A stretch of DNA of 63,762 nt, filler included, from Collodictyon triciliatum (lineage: Eukaryota): NCBI GenBank assembly GCA_043381765.1. It is 5 parts of 5 records of this genome, joined end to end, with 100 filler letters (N's around TTAATTAATTAA, not from the genome) between each part and the next. Parts side by side here need not be neighbours in the genome. Positions count along the whole stretch, not along the records: positions 17,664 to 36,995 come from JBHJMP010001444.1; positions 37,096 to 54,649 come from JBHJMP010001446.1; positions 54,750 to 59,639 come from JBHJMP010001525.1; 2 more parts are not named here. One strand, given 5' to 3'. The notes below the pieces were generated by a model. That model worked only from the letters and a program-made list of their open reading frames with translations, was not told the DNA's origin and did not search any database. This document shows, piece by piece, positions 30,537-55,041 of this stretch. Made by a program: the position numbers and the translations under genes. Each line of letters begins with the position of its first letter. Position 1 is the first letter of the stretch.

Positions 30537-33500
30537 TTAGGCACCTTCCTCTGCACCTTCCTCTTCATCTTCCTCTTCACCTTCATCTTCACCTCCATCT
30601 TCACCTTCCTCTTCCTCTTCCTCTTCCTCTTCCTCTTCCTCCTCATCCTCGTAGGAAATAATCTCTTTCGCCTCGGCTATCCTATCCTCACTGAGTTTAG
30701 TTTGCGAATGTTTTAATCCGTGCACGCCTTTGAAAACCATGTTTGCCTTTTCATACACTTCCAACGCCTCGCGGTATCTACCGAGACTTTTATATGTGTC
30801 TCCAATATTGAAATAGGTATTTCCTACTTCATGATGCATTTCACCGAATACAGAAAGTCTGATTTCAAGTGACTTTTGCAAATGTTCCAATGCCTTCTCA
30901 TACCTAGTTTTATGTTATTTCATTATGCAAATATGGACAACATGTACCCACAAAAAATGAAACAAATGCATCTAAACAAATCAAACTTTGCAAGGCTCCT
31001 GTAAACCATTCCTATGTTGTTATTCAATGCAGCTAAAGTGTGATGCATATCCCCAAACACTTTTATTTGAATCTCAAGAGACTTATGGTAGTATTCTAAT
31101 GATTTCTGATGCCTAATGGAAACCATTTTTAAAGGCTTAAATATAATTTTTCTTGAAAAAAGGCATAACAAAAACACCGAAGGCATACTTTCCCATGGCA
31201 AAGTACAGAGTCCCAAGGCTGTTGTAAGATTCAGACACGTCCTGGTGTATTTCCCCAAACATCTTCAATCGAATGTCCAGCGATTTTTGGAGACACTCCA
31301 GAGCCTTTGCATGCCTGAAATTCGGTGCATAAACTTTTTACAAATATAAAAAAAAATATAAAAAATGACAAAAAGCCATACTTTCCAAGATTCTTGTAAA
31401 CTGATCCAATATTGGCATATCCTGCTGCCACGTAATTGTGTGTTTCCCCAAAAACTTTTATTTGTATCTCTAGTGATTTATTGTAAAACTCCAGCGAAGT
31501 TTCATTCCTACGAAACGTGTAAGTTGAACAAAATTTATCACAGTAATTGATTCAGAACATGTCGAATCAGCATACTTTCCAAGATTTTTATAGACCATCC
31601 CTATATTTGCATAAGATGCTGCTACATCGGGGTGCATCTCCCCGCAGAGTTTTTGTCTAATTTCCAGCGATTTACGATACTGCTCCAGAGCCATGTCTTG
31701 CCTTGGATAGTATATTAATTAATAATAATAATAATAAATTATTAAAAGCTTAGAATGATGGGCATAAAAACATGAGAATCTGCAACAAATTTACTTTCCA
31801 AATTTACTATATATCATCCCGATGTAGTTGTATGAAGCCGCTACATCAGGGTGAATATCTCCAAATATCTTCTGTCGAATTTCGAGTGATTTGCGACACT
31901 TTCCTAATGCCTCCTCAAACCTAACAAACAGTCACTCTTATCAAACCAGTAATAAGATTTTATTTTTTTTTTTAAAAAAAAAGGACATACTTTCCAAGAT
32001 TCTTAAAAACCAATCCAATATTATGATGGGACATCGCAACTGTGTGATGGAATTCTCCAAATAGCTTCAATTTTATTTCAAGTGATTTATTGTAAAATTC
32101 CAGAGCACTTTCATGTCTAAAAAAGTATTTTTTTAGTTTGTTTGTTTGTTTGTTTGTTTGTTTGTTTGTTTGCTTGTTTGTTTGTTTGTTTGTTTGTTTG
32201 TTTGTTTGTTTGTTTGTTTGTTTGTTTGTTTGTTTGTTTGTTTGTTTGTTTGTTTGTTTGTTTGTTTGNNNNNNNNNNNNNNNNNNNNNNNNNNNNNNNN
32301 NNNNNNNNNNNNNNNNNNNNNNNNNNNNNNNNNNNNNNNNNNNNNNNNNNNNNNNNNNNNNNNNNNNNNNNNNNNNNNNNNNNNNNNNNNNNNNNNNNNN
32401 NNTTGTTTGTTTGTTTGTTTGTTTGTTTGTTTGTTTGTTTGTTTGTTTGTTTGTTTGTTTGTTTGTTTGTTTGTTTTTAAAAAAAAAAGGGCCTTAAATA
32501 TTAGCTATCCAAATTTGTGAAAATCAGCCATACTTCCCAAGATTGCTATAGACAACTCCTATGTTATTGTAAGACTCGGCTACAGAATAATTCGTTTCTC
32601 CATATTCCTTTTCCCGTAAGCCGAGTGATTTTTGATGGTATTCAAGCGCTTTTGCATGCCTTACAACGATTCGGTGCAATTAATCGATAAATATGACATT
32701 AAATATGGAAATAAAGGAAAATAACTGGATATTTCATCAAACAAACTTTCCGCAGTCACCATAAACGAGACCGATATTGTTGTACGACTCAGCAACTTTT
32801 GGGTGAGTCTCTCCAAACACTTTTAGGCGAATATCCAAAGATTTATTCAAGCTATCAAGTGCATTATCATATCTATCAAAATGTTAAATTAGTTAATTTT
32901 ACATTCGAAGAAATTATAAACAATAAACAAGACAAACTCTGCAAGCTTTCTATGAGCCAGACCCAAGAAATTCAAATTCTCACTGATGGAACCTAGGAAT
33001 ATCAAAATATGTGTGACTCATCATGAAATGCAAACAGTGATGGCTTCACATGCATAGAACCTTCATCTGCGTCGGCTGAAACGCGGTGTTTAAGAATTGG
33101 AATTAAAAAGGCGTTTTCTTGAATATCCCGAAAGTATTTCACCAGGGAAAGTCCAGCGATATTTAATTTCTAAATTACAATAGTAAGTGCATTAAAATAG
33201 AAAAAATGCTTTATTTTTTTGAATATGCTTATTATCACCTTCGTCATCTCCTCGTATGCAACTTTGTCGTTGAACCCGTTTTTGTTTAGGTCTCTCCAAC
33301 ATTCAAAAAACTCGTAGCGATAGTTTCCATCCAATAATTTCTCCACAACCTTTAAGAAATAATGTATTCCATAAATTTCAGAAATATGAATGAGAATAAA
33401 ACAAATGAAAAAACTTTCTTATAAACTGACTTTTTCGTTTCTCAAAAAAACGTCTAGTTTTTTATATTCGCTTGAAATTCTTAATGTGTGGCATATTTCA

Positions 33501-36500
33501 GCAGCGACGCCCGTATCATCAGTCTCAGTTCCATGTTCACTTAGCAGCCATAGTCCATACTCGCGAGCTTCCTCTGTAATCTGAGTTTCATGTGTAAAAT
33601 ATCGCTCTTTGATCGATTCCGTCAACAACTGATGGGAGATGGCATATCTATGAGCATCAAACATTTGAATAAACTAGAAAGACAATAAAACCACTAGAAA
33701 AAAAAAAGGCAGCATGTCACACTTACCTTCCATTCCTTACAAAAAGAGAATCCAGCAGAACAAAAAGGAACGATTTCCTAAAGTGGTGTGAGAAACGGTA
33801 ACAGTATCTTTGTTAATTTATCGGGTTTTTATTTTTTGTGTCTAAGAGAAGCAATGGCATCTTAACAAAATCGGCAAATATGAAAAGAGAAAAAAATCAC
33901 CAAGTTGTCTGGTTGATTTGCTGGCTGATTTGATTCAGTCTATGCAACATGTATTTGTCCAGTTCGTTTTCGTCAAGCCCGATTCGTGATACGTAAAGAA
34001 CACTGATAGACAAACGAACAAGGTCTTTTCCTAAAGGTCATCAGCCAGCTATGTCACTCAGGTACATTTTGAGTTACTTTGATGAGATTCATACGAACCA
34101 TATTTATTTTCCCAGCGGCCCATCACAAGGTCAAATAATTTTACAACGCCCTTTGTCGCCAACATCTCGTGGAGTTCAATATCTACCCTTTCGTAAATCC
34201 CAAAAACGCGGAGTTCATCCAAAACAATGCGCAAGTAAAGTGGATGGCCTGATGTTATGTATATAATAAAGATCGATTACATGACACATATGATATATTT
34301 TCGTCTGCTTACCGGTGTCTTCTTGGTCACTGAGAATCATATCCATCTGTTTCCTGTTCAAAGTTTTGTTATAACGTTTAAAAAAGGATATTGTAGCTTG
34401 TTCGATTCCGCTTGCATCAAGCTTAGAAACAAAGATGACATCAAGTCCAAATGATCTGGCGATCTAAATAGTGGGGGGTTAGCATTGATTGATCAGTATT
34501 AATAAAACCCTGGATGAAATAACAGACTTTGCACGATTCATGGCTATCAATCGTCGACGCCACAATCGAAATGTTCGTTGGTGTTTTCTTCGGAAGCCAT
34601 TCAAGGCGATGAACATGCTTGTATTGCTGAGAATCCACCAGTTGGTTAAAGGCATCGATGACTAAGACAACTTTCTTTTGCCTAAAAGTAATTGGGCAGG
34701 AATCATTGGTTTACATAACAATTCAAATGAGGTATTGAATATTCAAATTTACATATTTCTAGATGCGAGTTTGAGAATATAGTCTAGCCCTTTATCCAAC
34801 TCCTCTTTTCCTACAACACATCGAAAACAAAGTCCCAAATTAAAAACCATATGGAAATTTGGAATCTGATTGATGACGATAGTATCCCTGTTAATTCGAA
34901 AAATTCGGCAAATACATTATATTCAGACCTTCTACCGAGTTCAGGGTCAGCTCAATCACACCATTTTCAACTAGAGAACGAGCCACGCGTTCCACCAAAC
35001 TATGCATATTTCAGTTTGATTTGATAGAAAGGTCAAAATTTTAGAATTTAAATAAACAAATATTACTTTTCAACGTAATTACTCAAGTTTGAGCAACCGA
35101 CAAAGTGGTAAATGACAACTAAATTCGACTCTTTTCTAGTTGTCAGATCACGAATAAGCCCGCTCATAATAGTTGATTTTCCAATCCCAGATTCAGCTCC
35201 AACAACCGTAATATCAGAGTCCTCAAGGTCAAGTTGCCGCATGACTCTTTCATTTAAAATAGCCAGAATATTGTCTCTTCCTTCCAATCCAATCAGTCTA
35301 TGTCTCATAAACTGCTCGTGTGCGATATCTTCAGAATTCTTATCCTACATATCACACGGGCTTAAGTATCGCAAAGGTTCCAAAATAAAAAAAAACCGTC
35401 CATATAAAATAGAGGAATAGGAATCAGCATCGAAATCGTGTATTAACCTCTTGGTCGGGGAAATCTTTGTCAATTGCCTCGATCAAGTCATCCACCACCA
35501 TAACAACTAATTCTTTCGGAGTCTTGTATGGTTTGACAACATGAATATCTCCAATTTTCTTCTTTAGACCATCTTGATTTTCTTTCTAAATTGGAATCAA
35601 ATTATGGAATCGATACAAGCATGAAATTCCGAGGGGAAATAATAGAGTAAAAGTATTTGGTTTAGGGGCCGAGTGGCTTGATGTTAAATTAAAAATCCTT
35701 ACGTCCTTTTCATTTACTGGGCGATATAACGCCCGTTCAGCATCGGTCTCTGCAACATGATTGACTGCATGTTCTTCATCACGAGAATAAAAGAATGCGC
35801 GCCGAGCCACAGCATTATCTTTTAGAGCACCGTGAACAATCTAGATTTCAATCAAAGAGGGAGAAAATTATGGAAGATTTTCATGAGGTTATTGGCAATT
35901 GATTCGATGGAAATATACAGACTTCATAATCAGTCACGCTGAGACCCCTAATTTCCTTGAGGTAAGGAAACTTCAAGTCCGTATCAGGATGCCACTCGGT
36001 AGGATTTTCATAATTTGGAGACCATCCATAACGTGAGCCGAGTGTACATAGAAAGTAAGGACACTCCTCGATGGACTCAAGACAGCTGATAACGACCTGA
36101 GCAGACAAGGCAGAATATTCATTAGAGACGAAGGAGGGAAATCATAGTAACTGTATATTAATTTGGATCAACCAGACCAGTCCATTTTCGGATATTTCAC
36201 TGGTCAGCCCCCAGCGTAAGTCGATGAAAACCAAGATGAGGCCCTTCTTCTTTGCAAAATCTTTGAGTCTGAACATATTTTTTTGATTTAGTTTAGTAGA
36301 TATTATTCTATCTATAATATGACGATTGATGCAAAATTATTGGAAACGTGAGTCATGGCAAGGCATACTTCTTTTCAGCATTGGCGAAAAATTCGTCCCT
36401 TTCTCTTTGCATATCACGAAAAGTAGACGACATGAATATTCTCAAGACTCGTGTATCATGCACTACAGACCACTTCGCTTTTCCGTCACAGTAAAAAGAG

Positions 36501-36613
36501 TCTGGAATAACAAATCCATTATTTTTTGATGGTACTTCGAGTCCGTTGATCGAAACTACTAATTCTTGGATTTCGGTCTCTGCTCGTGTAGGTCGAGTCC
36601 AAGGGCAACCCAT
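30537..36613 (-). CDS. DUF4062 - NACHT/STAND NTPase - TPR protein (NPHP3/TTC41-like, NLR-like architecture)
   Basis: The protein starts MGCPW. DUF4062 motifs are RIFMSSTFRDMQRERD, FIDLRWGLT, CPYFLCTLGSRYGW and SVTDYE. Walker A is GAESGIGKST and Walker B is VVLVIDAFNQL. About ten 42-aa TPRs (KSLEIRxKxFGExHxxVAxSYxNIG) precede an acidic tail. Confidence 0.9.
32137..32475. repeat. (GTTT)n microsatellite with an internal N gap, in a TPR-array intron
   Basis: Directly visible. The same motif occurs at 57035-57186. Confidence 0.95.
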
Positions 36614-36995
36614 TTCTTTGTTGCCGAATTGCTTCTTGCTTTCCTTTTGATATTTAGATGTGTGAGAATAGATATTTATGTGTCCGGGTTTCAAAGAACA
36701 GGTTAATTCCAACAGGAAAAGCTTTGACAACAACATATCTATTGTATTTCCTTGATGAATGATGATTTTTTCATTTTGCGGATTTATTTGACTGAAAATA
36801 AGCTGAAGTAGAGAATAAATAGAATATTTGGTTGCGTGCTTCAAAATATTTGCAGTGTTTGTTTCCTGAATTTAAATTTTCCAATAACTTGAGAATTAGT
36901 ATAGTTATTTACATTTATCTGCAAGGCAAGGAGGATAAAATGACTCTCCATAAACAATTCCCAAAAAAAAAAAAAAGAAGGAATAATTATACTTA

Positions 36996-37095
36996 NNNNN
37001 NNNNNNNNNNNNNNNNNNNNNNNNNNNNNNNNNNNNNNNTTAATTAATTAANNNNNNNNNNNNNNNNNNNNNNNNNNNNNNNNNNNNNNNNNNNN
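36996..37095. other. Artificial contig linker
   Basis: TTAATTAATTAA at 37040-37051 between N runs. Confidence 0.95.
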
Positions 37096-37149
37096 TGTTT
37101 TTGTTTTTTGTTTTTTTTTTTTTTTTTTTTTTTTTGCATATTATCCGAC

Positions 37150-38865
37150 CATTTCTTATCCATAGCCTCATCCCAGCAAGATTCAAACTTCCTTCAAAAA
37201 GAGCAAAAGTCGTCGCTTCAGGGGTAGAAGTTGGAGGGCAGCAGTACGAGTGTATTCTTAGAGAAGCTCTAAAAGAGGAATTCAATTCAATCATCCAACC
37301 AAAAGGCGGATTTGCGTATTGTTCTTATTTGCATCATACCTAGAGTTGTTTATGTTAACCATCACAATAACCTGATGTTATACCGATGGCATCTTGCGGA
37401 TTATAGCATACAACATTTTTTGAATATTTCAGAACACCAATAGAAAATATAGCCACTTAATGTCAAGTTTTTTTTTCTCCCTTCGCTTTGTGTGTGCTGG
37501 AAACCTTCCAAATGTGCGCTTGCTCTTTTTGTGTTCGTGTCTATATAAATCTCACACACAAATTAATCAATTTATTTTTAACCAGAAAATCGATGTGTAT
37601 AGCTGAATGGGATGATACAGAAAATATATCAGTGGTTGCCACAATTCGTGGTGATTTTCAAAAGTCATTTGGATTTATGAGGAATCAAAAATGGTGTCTG
37701 GATGTAGAGGAAACACTGTACGATAGTTTTAGTTGTAGTCAAGTGGAATTGCTTTTTATCTTAGCCATGGGTCGATTAGACTTTGTGCAGCGATGCTATC
37801 GAAAATCTTAACATGACTAATGTGCGAGCCATAATTAAATATAGATTTCTCGTGGACCGGGGGAATTTGGAGGTTTATTTTGGAGGAATGCCGCTATCAT
37901 ACGAACAGATATTCTCTCGCTTGGGGACGGCGTATAACACTGACCGCTACTTTGTCTATGCTTTCATGAGAAGGTTTGACCAATTGATCACACAGTGCGA
38001 TGTGCAGAACAATCGACCACTCATCGCTTTTATCATCATAGGAAAGGATATATTTTGAGACGAAATAAATCATTCAAGGAAAATTTAGTCTCAAAGGTCT
38101 CTTAAATGTTTTTATACCCGTGGATAAATATCAACCATCAATTAAAAACAAACAAGATAGGCGTAATATACTATTGAAGAAGAGTACAAAACTCTAGATG
38201 ATTCCAGAACCTTTGATTCCCATAAGTGAATGTAGAGCATATCAAGTCCATGCTGCTGGTCTCACAATGTCACAGGCTCTAACTAAACTTAATGTGGGCA
38301 TCGTTGTTATTTATAAAAAAAAAATACAATAAATATATTGAATTTAAGGCTATAACTCCGTCCATTTAGGATTCTATCGCTTCTCCACCAGCACATAGTC
38401 TCCTAAATAAAACCCCTGACGAAACACATCCCACAAGTTCAATAGGTATCTAATGATAATAAAGTACTACTATGACATTTGAACTTTGGGACTTATTTTC
38501 TTTTCTTTTCTTTTCTAATTTTTAGACTTTGATGTTTATATCGAAACAAAATCCTTTCGGTTATCGCGGACTCTATCGCCAGATTTTTTCTTGCGAGTTT
38601 TGAGGTGTGTTTTCCTTGACCATACATAGAAAAGAAAAGAAATCAAATGTAAAAATAAATTACCGATGATGTATTGATATTTTCATGTTTGAAATCCAGC
38701 CCATCTCAAGTGATTGACGCCACTTTAGAGTATACTGCGAATATCAAACATACTATCCCGACAAAATACGCTTTATTTGACTCTGGGATAATATCCATTT
38801 TCGAACTTAACCCGGTCAATCTCACTCAGTTTTCGAAAGAAAGGGAAGCAAATCGTTTCAGCTAA
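37150..38865 (+). CDS. TSEN54: tRNA-splicing endonuclease subunit Sen54-like, 5' partial
   Basis: The Sen54 N-terminal pattern reads RGDFQKSFGF...LDVEETL|FLVDRGNLEV....PLSYEQIF.......YFVYAFMRR. The C-terminus has FDVY...KSFR.S...PDF and YALFDSGIISIF. Confidence 0.75.
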
Positions 38866-38959
38866 TGGAAAATAGACCCTCAAACAATTCGCTTCAGCAA
38901 AAATCAGCTGAAATTTCCATAAAGACAACCAACAAATATGAATGCATGTAATTATTATA

Positions 38960-40200
38960 GAATGAATGTCAGCGGATATGGGAACTACTGCTTGTTGGAT
39001 TCGAGAATATCTGATGGTGCTTGGTTGCCAAAACCTGAACAATCCTGCATAAACCGAGGGAAATGTATTTTATTTTTATTCCTCCCTTCAATTTTGTGCA
39101 GGATAATTGGGATTGCGGTTTGGGTTCGCTAGCCATCGTTTGCATGGACGCTACTTGGTGGCCGGGTGGCGGAGAAGTGGTTGGTAATCAGGAATTGCAT
39201 CCTGCAGTTTGGCCTGTAGCCTGGGTCTTGTGCTTGCATGAGACATACAAGGCGAGGTTTAATATCCTTCTCAGCTTTTTTTCCACATGTCTCTTCTCAC
39301 GGGGTCGGAGTAGTAGAAAACGTGCAGGTGGCGAAGGAAGCTGTTGAGGAAAGAGATTTGTATCATATCATCCAGCCTGTTATCTGGAATGAGTGGCTGG
39401 TTGTTGAGTCTTGCTTTGCGTGAGTATATGCGCGCTATCCACATAGTCCATAGCAAATGGCCTCGTGTCACCGCCCAGAATGTTTTTGCATCGGATGCAG
39501 CTGTTGCAGAGGCCCAAATATCGCCTGGATTGGGACAACAGCCGCAGCCGTCTTGAGTGTCAGTCAAAGAGTCTAACCAGCTGTTTCGCGCAGGTTTTGA
39601 GCGAAGGGACATTGCACAATGTATGCTCAATCATTCATCACCGTTGCTGCAAAGTGTGCATTGTTGGGAGACTTTGCCAGCTTTTGCCGCGCGTGTGCTT
39701 ATACATGATATTTCACCCCGAATTGATAAACTGGCATAGAGAACCAATTGAATTCCTAGGGCGAGTGTAATTCCTTCAGCCACCCCTGATGACATCATAC
39801 AAATCTCTTTTCTCAACAGCTTCCTTCGCCACCTGCACGTTCTCTACTGCTCAGACCCTGTGAGAAGAGACATGTGGAAAGAGGCTGAGAAAAAGATATT
39901 ACCTCGCCTTGTATCTCTCATGCAAGCACAAGACCCAGCCTACAGGCCAAACCGCAGGATGCAAACTCTGATGAGTGACTACTTCTCCGCCACCCGGCCA
40001 CCAAGTAGCGTCCATGCAAACGATGGCTAGCGAATCAAAGCCAGCATCTCCACCATCCTGCAATAATTGAAAGGATAAGAAAAATCATCTGAAGGACGAA
40101 TTAGTGTTTTATTTTACACCTGCCCAATATATAATTGCTCTGTGATTCAGGTGATGTCTTTCCTATATGTGTGGCGTTGGCAGCAAGCAGAAGTCCCATC
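38960..40200. mobile_element. Two degenerate LINE-like (zf-RVT-type) 3' remnants in head-to-head orientation, forming a long inverted repeat
   Basis: The minus strand reads, across frameshifts, QCTLCSNGDE-IEHTL-CPFAQNL ... HLLWTMWIAR, the CxxC-H-C / WxxWxxR pattern of L1/Tx1 ORF2 C-termini. 39085-39370 is the reverse complement of 39790-40075 with scattered differences. Confidence 0.65.
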
Positions 40201-40808
40201 TTTGATAGAAAATGAATGATGAAAACAGGGTGGCGCAGCTTAGCCTTTGGCTTTGGTTGACTGAACGGGCGGACGGTGGCCACTTTCGCAACGACTTTCG
40301 TAGAATGTGGAATCAAGACTTCTTTTTCTGACATGATTCAACTATTTTGTGCTTCTCTGTGTCGATTCTTTATTCATAATAGAAAAAATAACCATACACG
40401 CCTCTGATACATCTTACAATAGAATATATGAAAAGCGAGATAAATTAAGGGAGAGACCACATTATTTCTATATTTTCCAGAAATCATCAACGGGTTTCAA
40501 TTTAGTCATGCTTTGCCCAGAGATCGGCTCCGAATAAATCTGTCCCGCTCTTCCAGCCGATCCCTCAAAACCCGCTTAGCCAACTTCGAGTTATCCGCTC
40601 CCCGTTTTCCGCGTTCCGTTCACTCAAGTCTGCCGTGGGGTTCTGAGAAGCTGGCTGATATTGTTTTGCCTGTCCCTTTATCTTTTCTTGTCGGATTGAT
40701 GTCCCCACACCTCACTTTCCGCTTTATACGGCGTGGGAAAGCTTACCTTAATTTTTCTTCTTTTTTTTTCTTTTCATTCTTTCTTCTCCTGTACGTGATC
40801 CCAGCTTG

Positions 40809-52484
<11,676 letters not shown>

Positions 52485-52534
52485 TGGAGCGCGAAGGCAG
52501 AACGATTTCTTTATCCTGTTCTTCTCCTTTATTC

Positions 52535-52770
<236 letters not shown>

Positions 52771-52855
52771 GTCGATAGCTGCGTTGTAATAAAGGCATGT
52801 TTTTGTCATCCTGTCGCGCGTGTATTTGGAGGTGAGAATCGGCGGGTTGCTTATG

Positions 52856-54474
52856 TCAGCGTCGGGTCTTTTCCTTGGCCTTCTGTGCCTTTGCCTTTTC
52901 TTCGGCTTTTGCTTTTTCTTCCTCCTGCTGTGCTTTGAGCAGTTCTTCCAGCAGTGGCTGCATTTTGTTCCAGTGCTCTTCGGCGAGTGCAAATCCTGGT
53001 CGCGTTGTTACGCAGATGTGAAATGAAAAGGCGATTTGAAAGGGTGGTTGGTGTATAAATATCATGAATATAGTAACACCGATGATTAATAATAATGATA
53101 ATAATAAATTAAAAGTAATTACCATCGCGCCGTAAAGTTTTGCCTAGGTGGAAGGTGACATGCGTATGTTTCATTATGTGGGTTAATTATAGGAAATTAT
53201 ATAACATAAAGCAACATAGACCACCAATCAAAATGCAAAAATAAAAGTAAGCTGATGATGAAGATGATGATTGAACCTCCAGAAGAACGGCCTTCCTCTG
53301 CTTTTTGATGCTCGATGGCATGTTGAATCCAATAGTTTGTGGTTCTGGAGTAGAAGTCGCGAAGAGATTCGCCGGGTTTTGGCATACTTTGCTCGTTTTC
53401 CAGACGCAGCTTTCGAATTGCCTGATTATTATTTTTAATTTTGAAGATGATTAACAAGCGATTGGCTGCCTTTTATCTCATATAATAAATTGACTAATCA
53501 CGGGCTTTTGATAGACACAAATCCAATCGTGTAAATTTATGCCTTCGGAAAAGAAAGAGAAAAGAAAAGTGGCAGTAAGACTAATAACACAATATGACAT
53601 ATAACAGCCTATTTCCGAATGTTAATGATTATACGTCTTCGCGCTCTAATCTGCGATTTACTGGTGCAGACGACTTGGGAATCTCATCTGTAAAATAGTA
53701 TTTTTTTTTAAAAGAAACTGAAACTTATCCACTGATGTCAATACTTGGATATACACAACTCTAAATGCCTAGCGCCACACAACTGCACCATGGAAAATAT
53801 GCATCGCATATACCTTTGCTTGCTCCTTTGCTTCCCGCTTTTGTCCCCGATTTTGGCTGGGCGTCTCCATCGCTGTCTTCGTCACTTTGATCTCCATCGT
53901 CGTCTTCTTCATCGTCGTCCTCATCCTCATCCTCATCTTCATCCTCATCGCCCTCTTCCTCATCTCCGCCATCATCATCGCTTTCTTCTCCTTTCCACTC
54001 GTGCTCTTCAACATTTGGTTGGACCAGGCATCTTATATACGTATGGAAAAATTAGAAATATCTCCTTGGGAAAACTACTGTGGGAACAACTGGCATATCG
54101 CACGGCTGGTGGTATCGTGCCGAAAAGGAATGATATATAACATAAAGAATATAGAAATCTAGCTCGATGCTTATGATAAAAGTTTTGATATCTCCAACAG
54201 AAAATGATATTTCGTGTTACTTAAATGTGTCCATTTTATTCAAATCGAGACAATAGAAATCGTCAAAAGTAATTTCTCTATCCTTAGTCTCAAAGATGCC
54301 CCCATATCTATTTAATTTTTTCTCAGAAGCTTTTAAAAGAAAGGAATTCTCCGACATCCTAACACCTAATCGCACCAAAAGAGAAAAAAAAACTCACAGG
54401 TATAAATGATGGCCCAACACAGACACTAACGCATTAAACCGGGGGGACGGAATCAGCGGTCCATCCTGATTAAC
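52856..54474 (-). CDS. KLHDC4: Kelch domain-containing protein 4 (Kel3) C-terminal part with DUF4110, 5' truncated
   Basis: The last kelch repeat reads PSPRFNA..V.GHHLYL|YGGIFETKDREITFDDFYCLDLNK. An acidic stretch follows, then DUF4110-type PKPGESLRDFYSRTTNYW...GKTLRRDGFALAEEHW. Confidence 0.85.
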
Positions 54475-54554
54475 CTGTTAAATGTTCCGTGCGGTGTGTG
54501 TGTAATCAGTCCACAACATGCTCCAAAAAAATTCACTTCATATTCATTTCTAAA

Positions 54555-54649
<95 letters not shown>

Positions 54650-54749
54650 NNNNNNNNNNNNNNNNNNNNNNNNNNNNNNNNNNNNNNNNNNNNTTAATTA
54701 ATTAANNNNNNNNNNNNNNNNNNNNNNNNNNNNNNNNNNNNNNNNNNNN
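54650..54749. other. Artificial contig linker
   Basis: TTAATTAATTAA at 54694-54705 between N runs. Confidence 0.95.
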
Positions 54750-55041
54750 TGTGGCTGACATTGTTATTTATTGGGCGTGTATGCAAGACGGAAGAGTAGA
54801 AGCAGGCGAGAAAAAGAAAAAGAAAAAGAAAAAGAAAAAGAAAAAGAAAAAGAAAAAGAAAAAGAAAAAGAAAAAGAAAAAGGAAAAAGAAAAAAGGAAA
54901 AAAAGAAAGCGGAAGATAAGAGAATAGAAAGAGGAGGATAGGCTGACAGGGTGTGAGTGCAGGCGAGTGGGTGGGCGGAAGGAGAATGCCCAGAAGGAAG
55001 CAAAGAGGCGTTTCTTATCGTATCTTGGATTCCTCTTCTAT

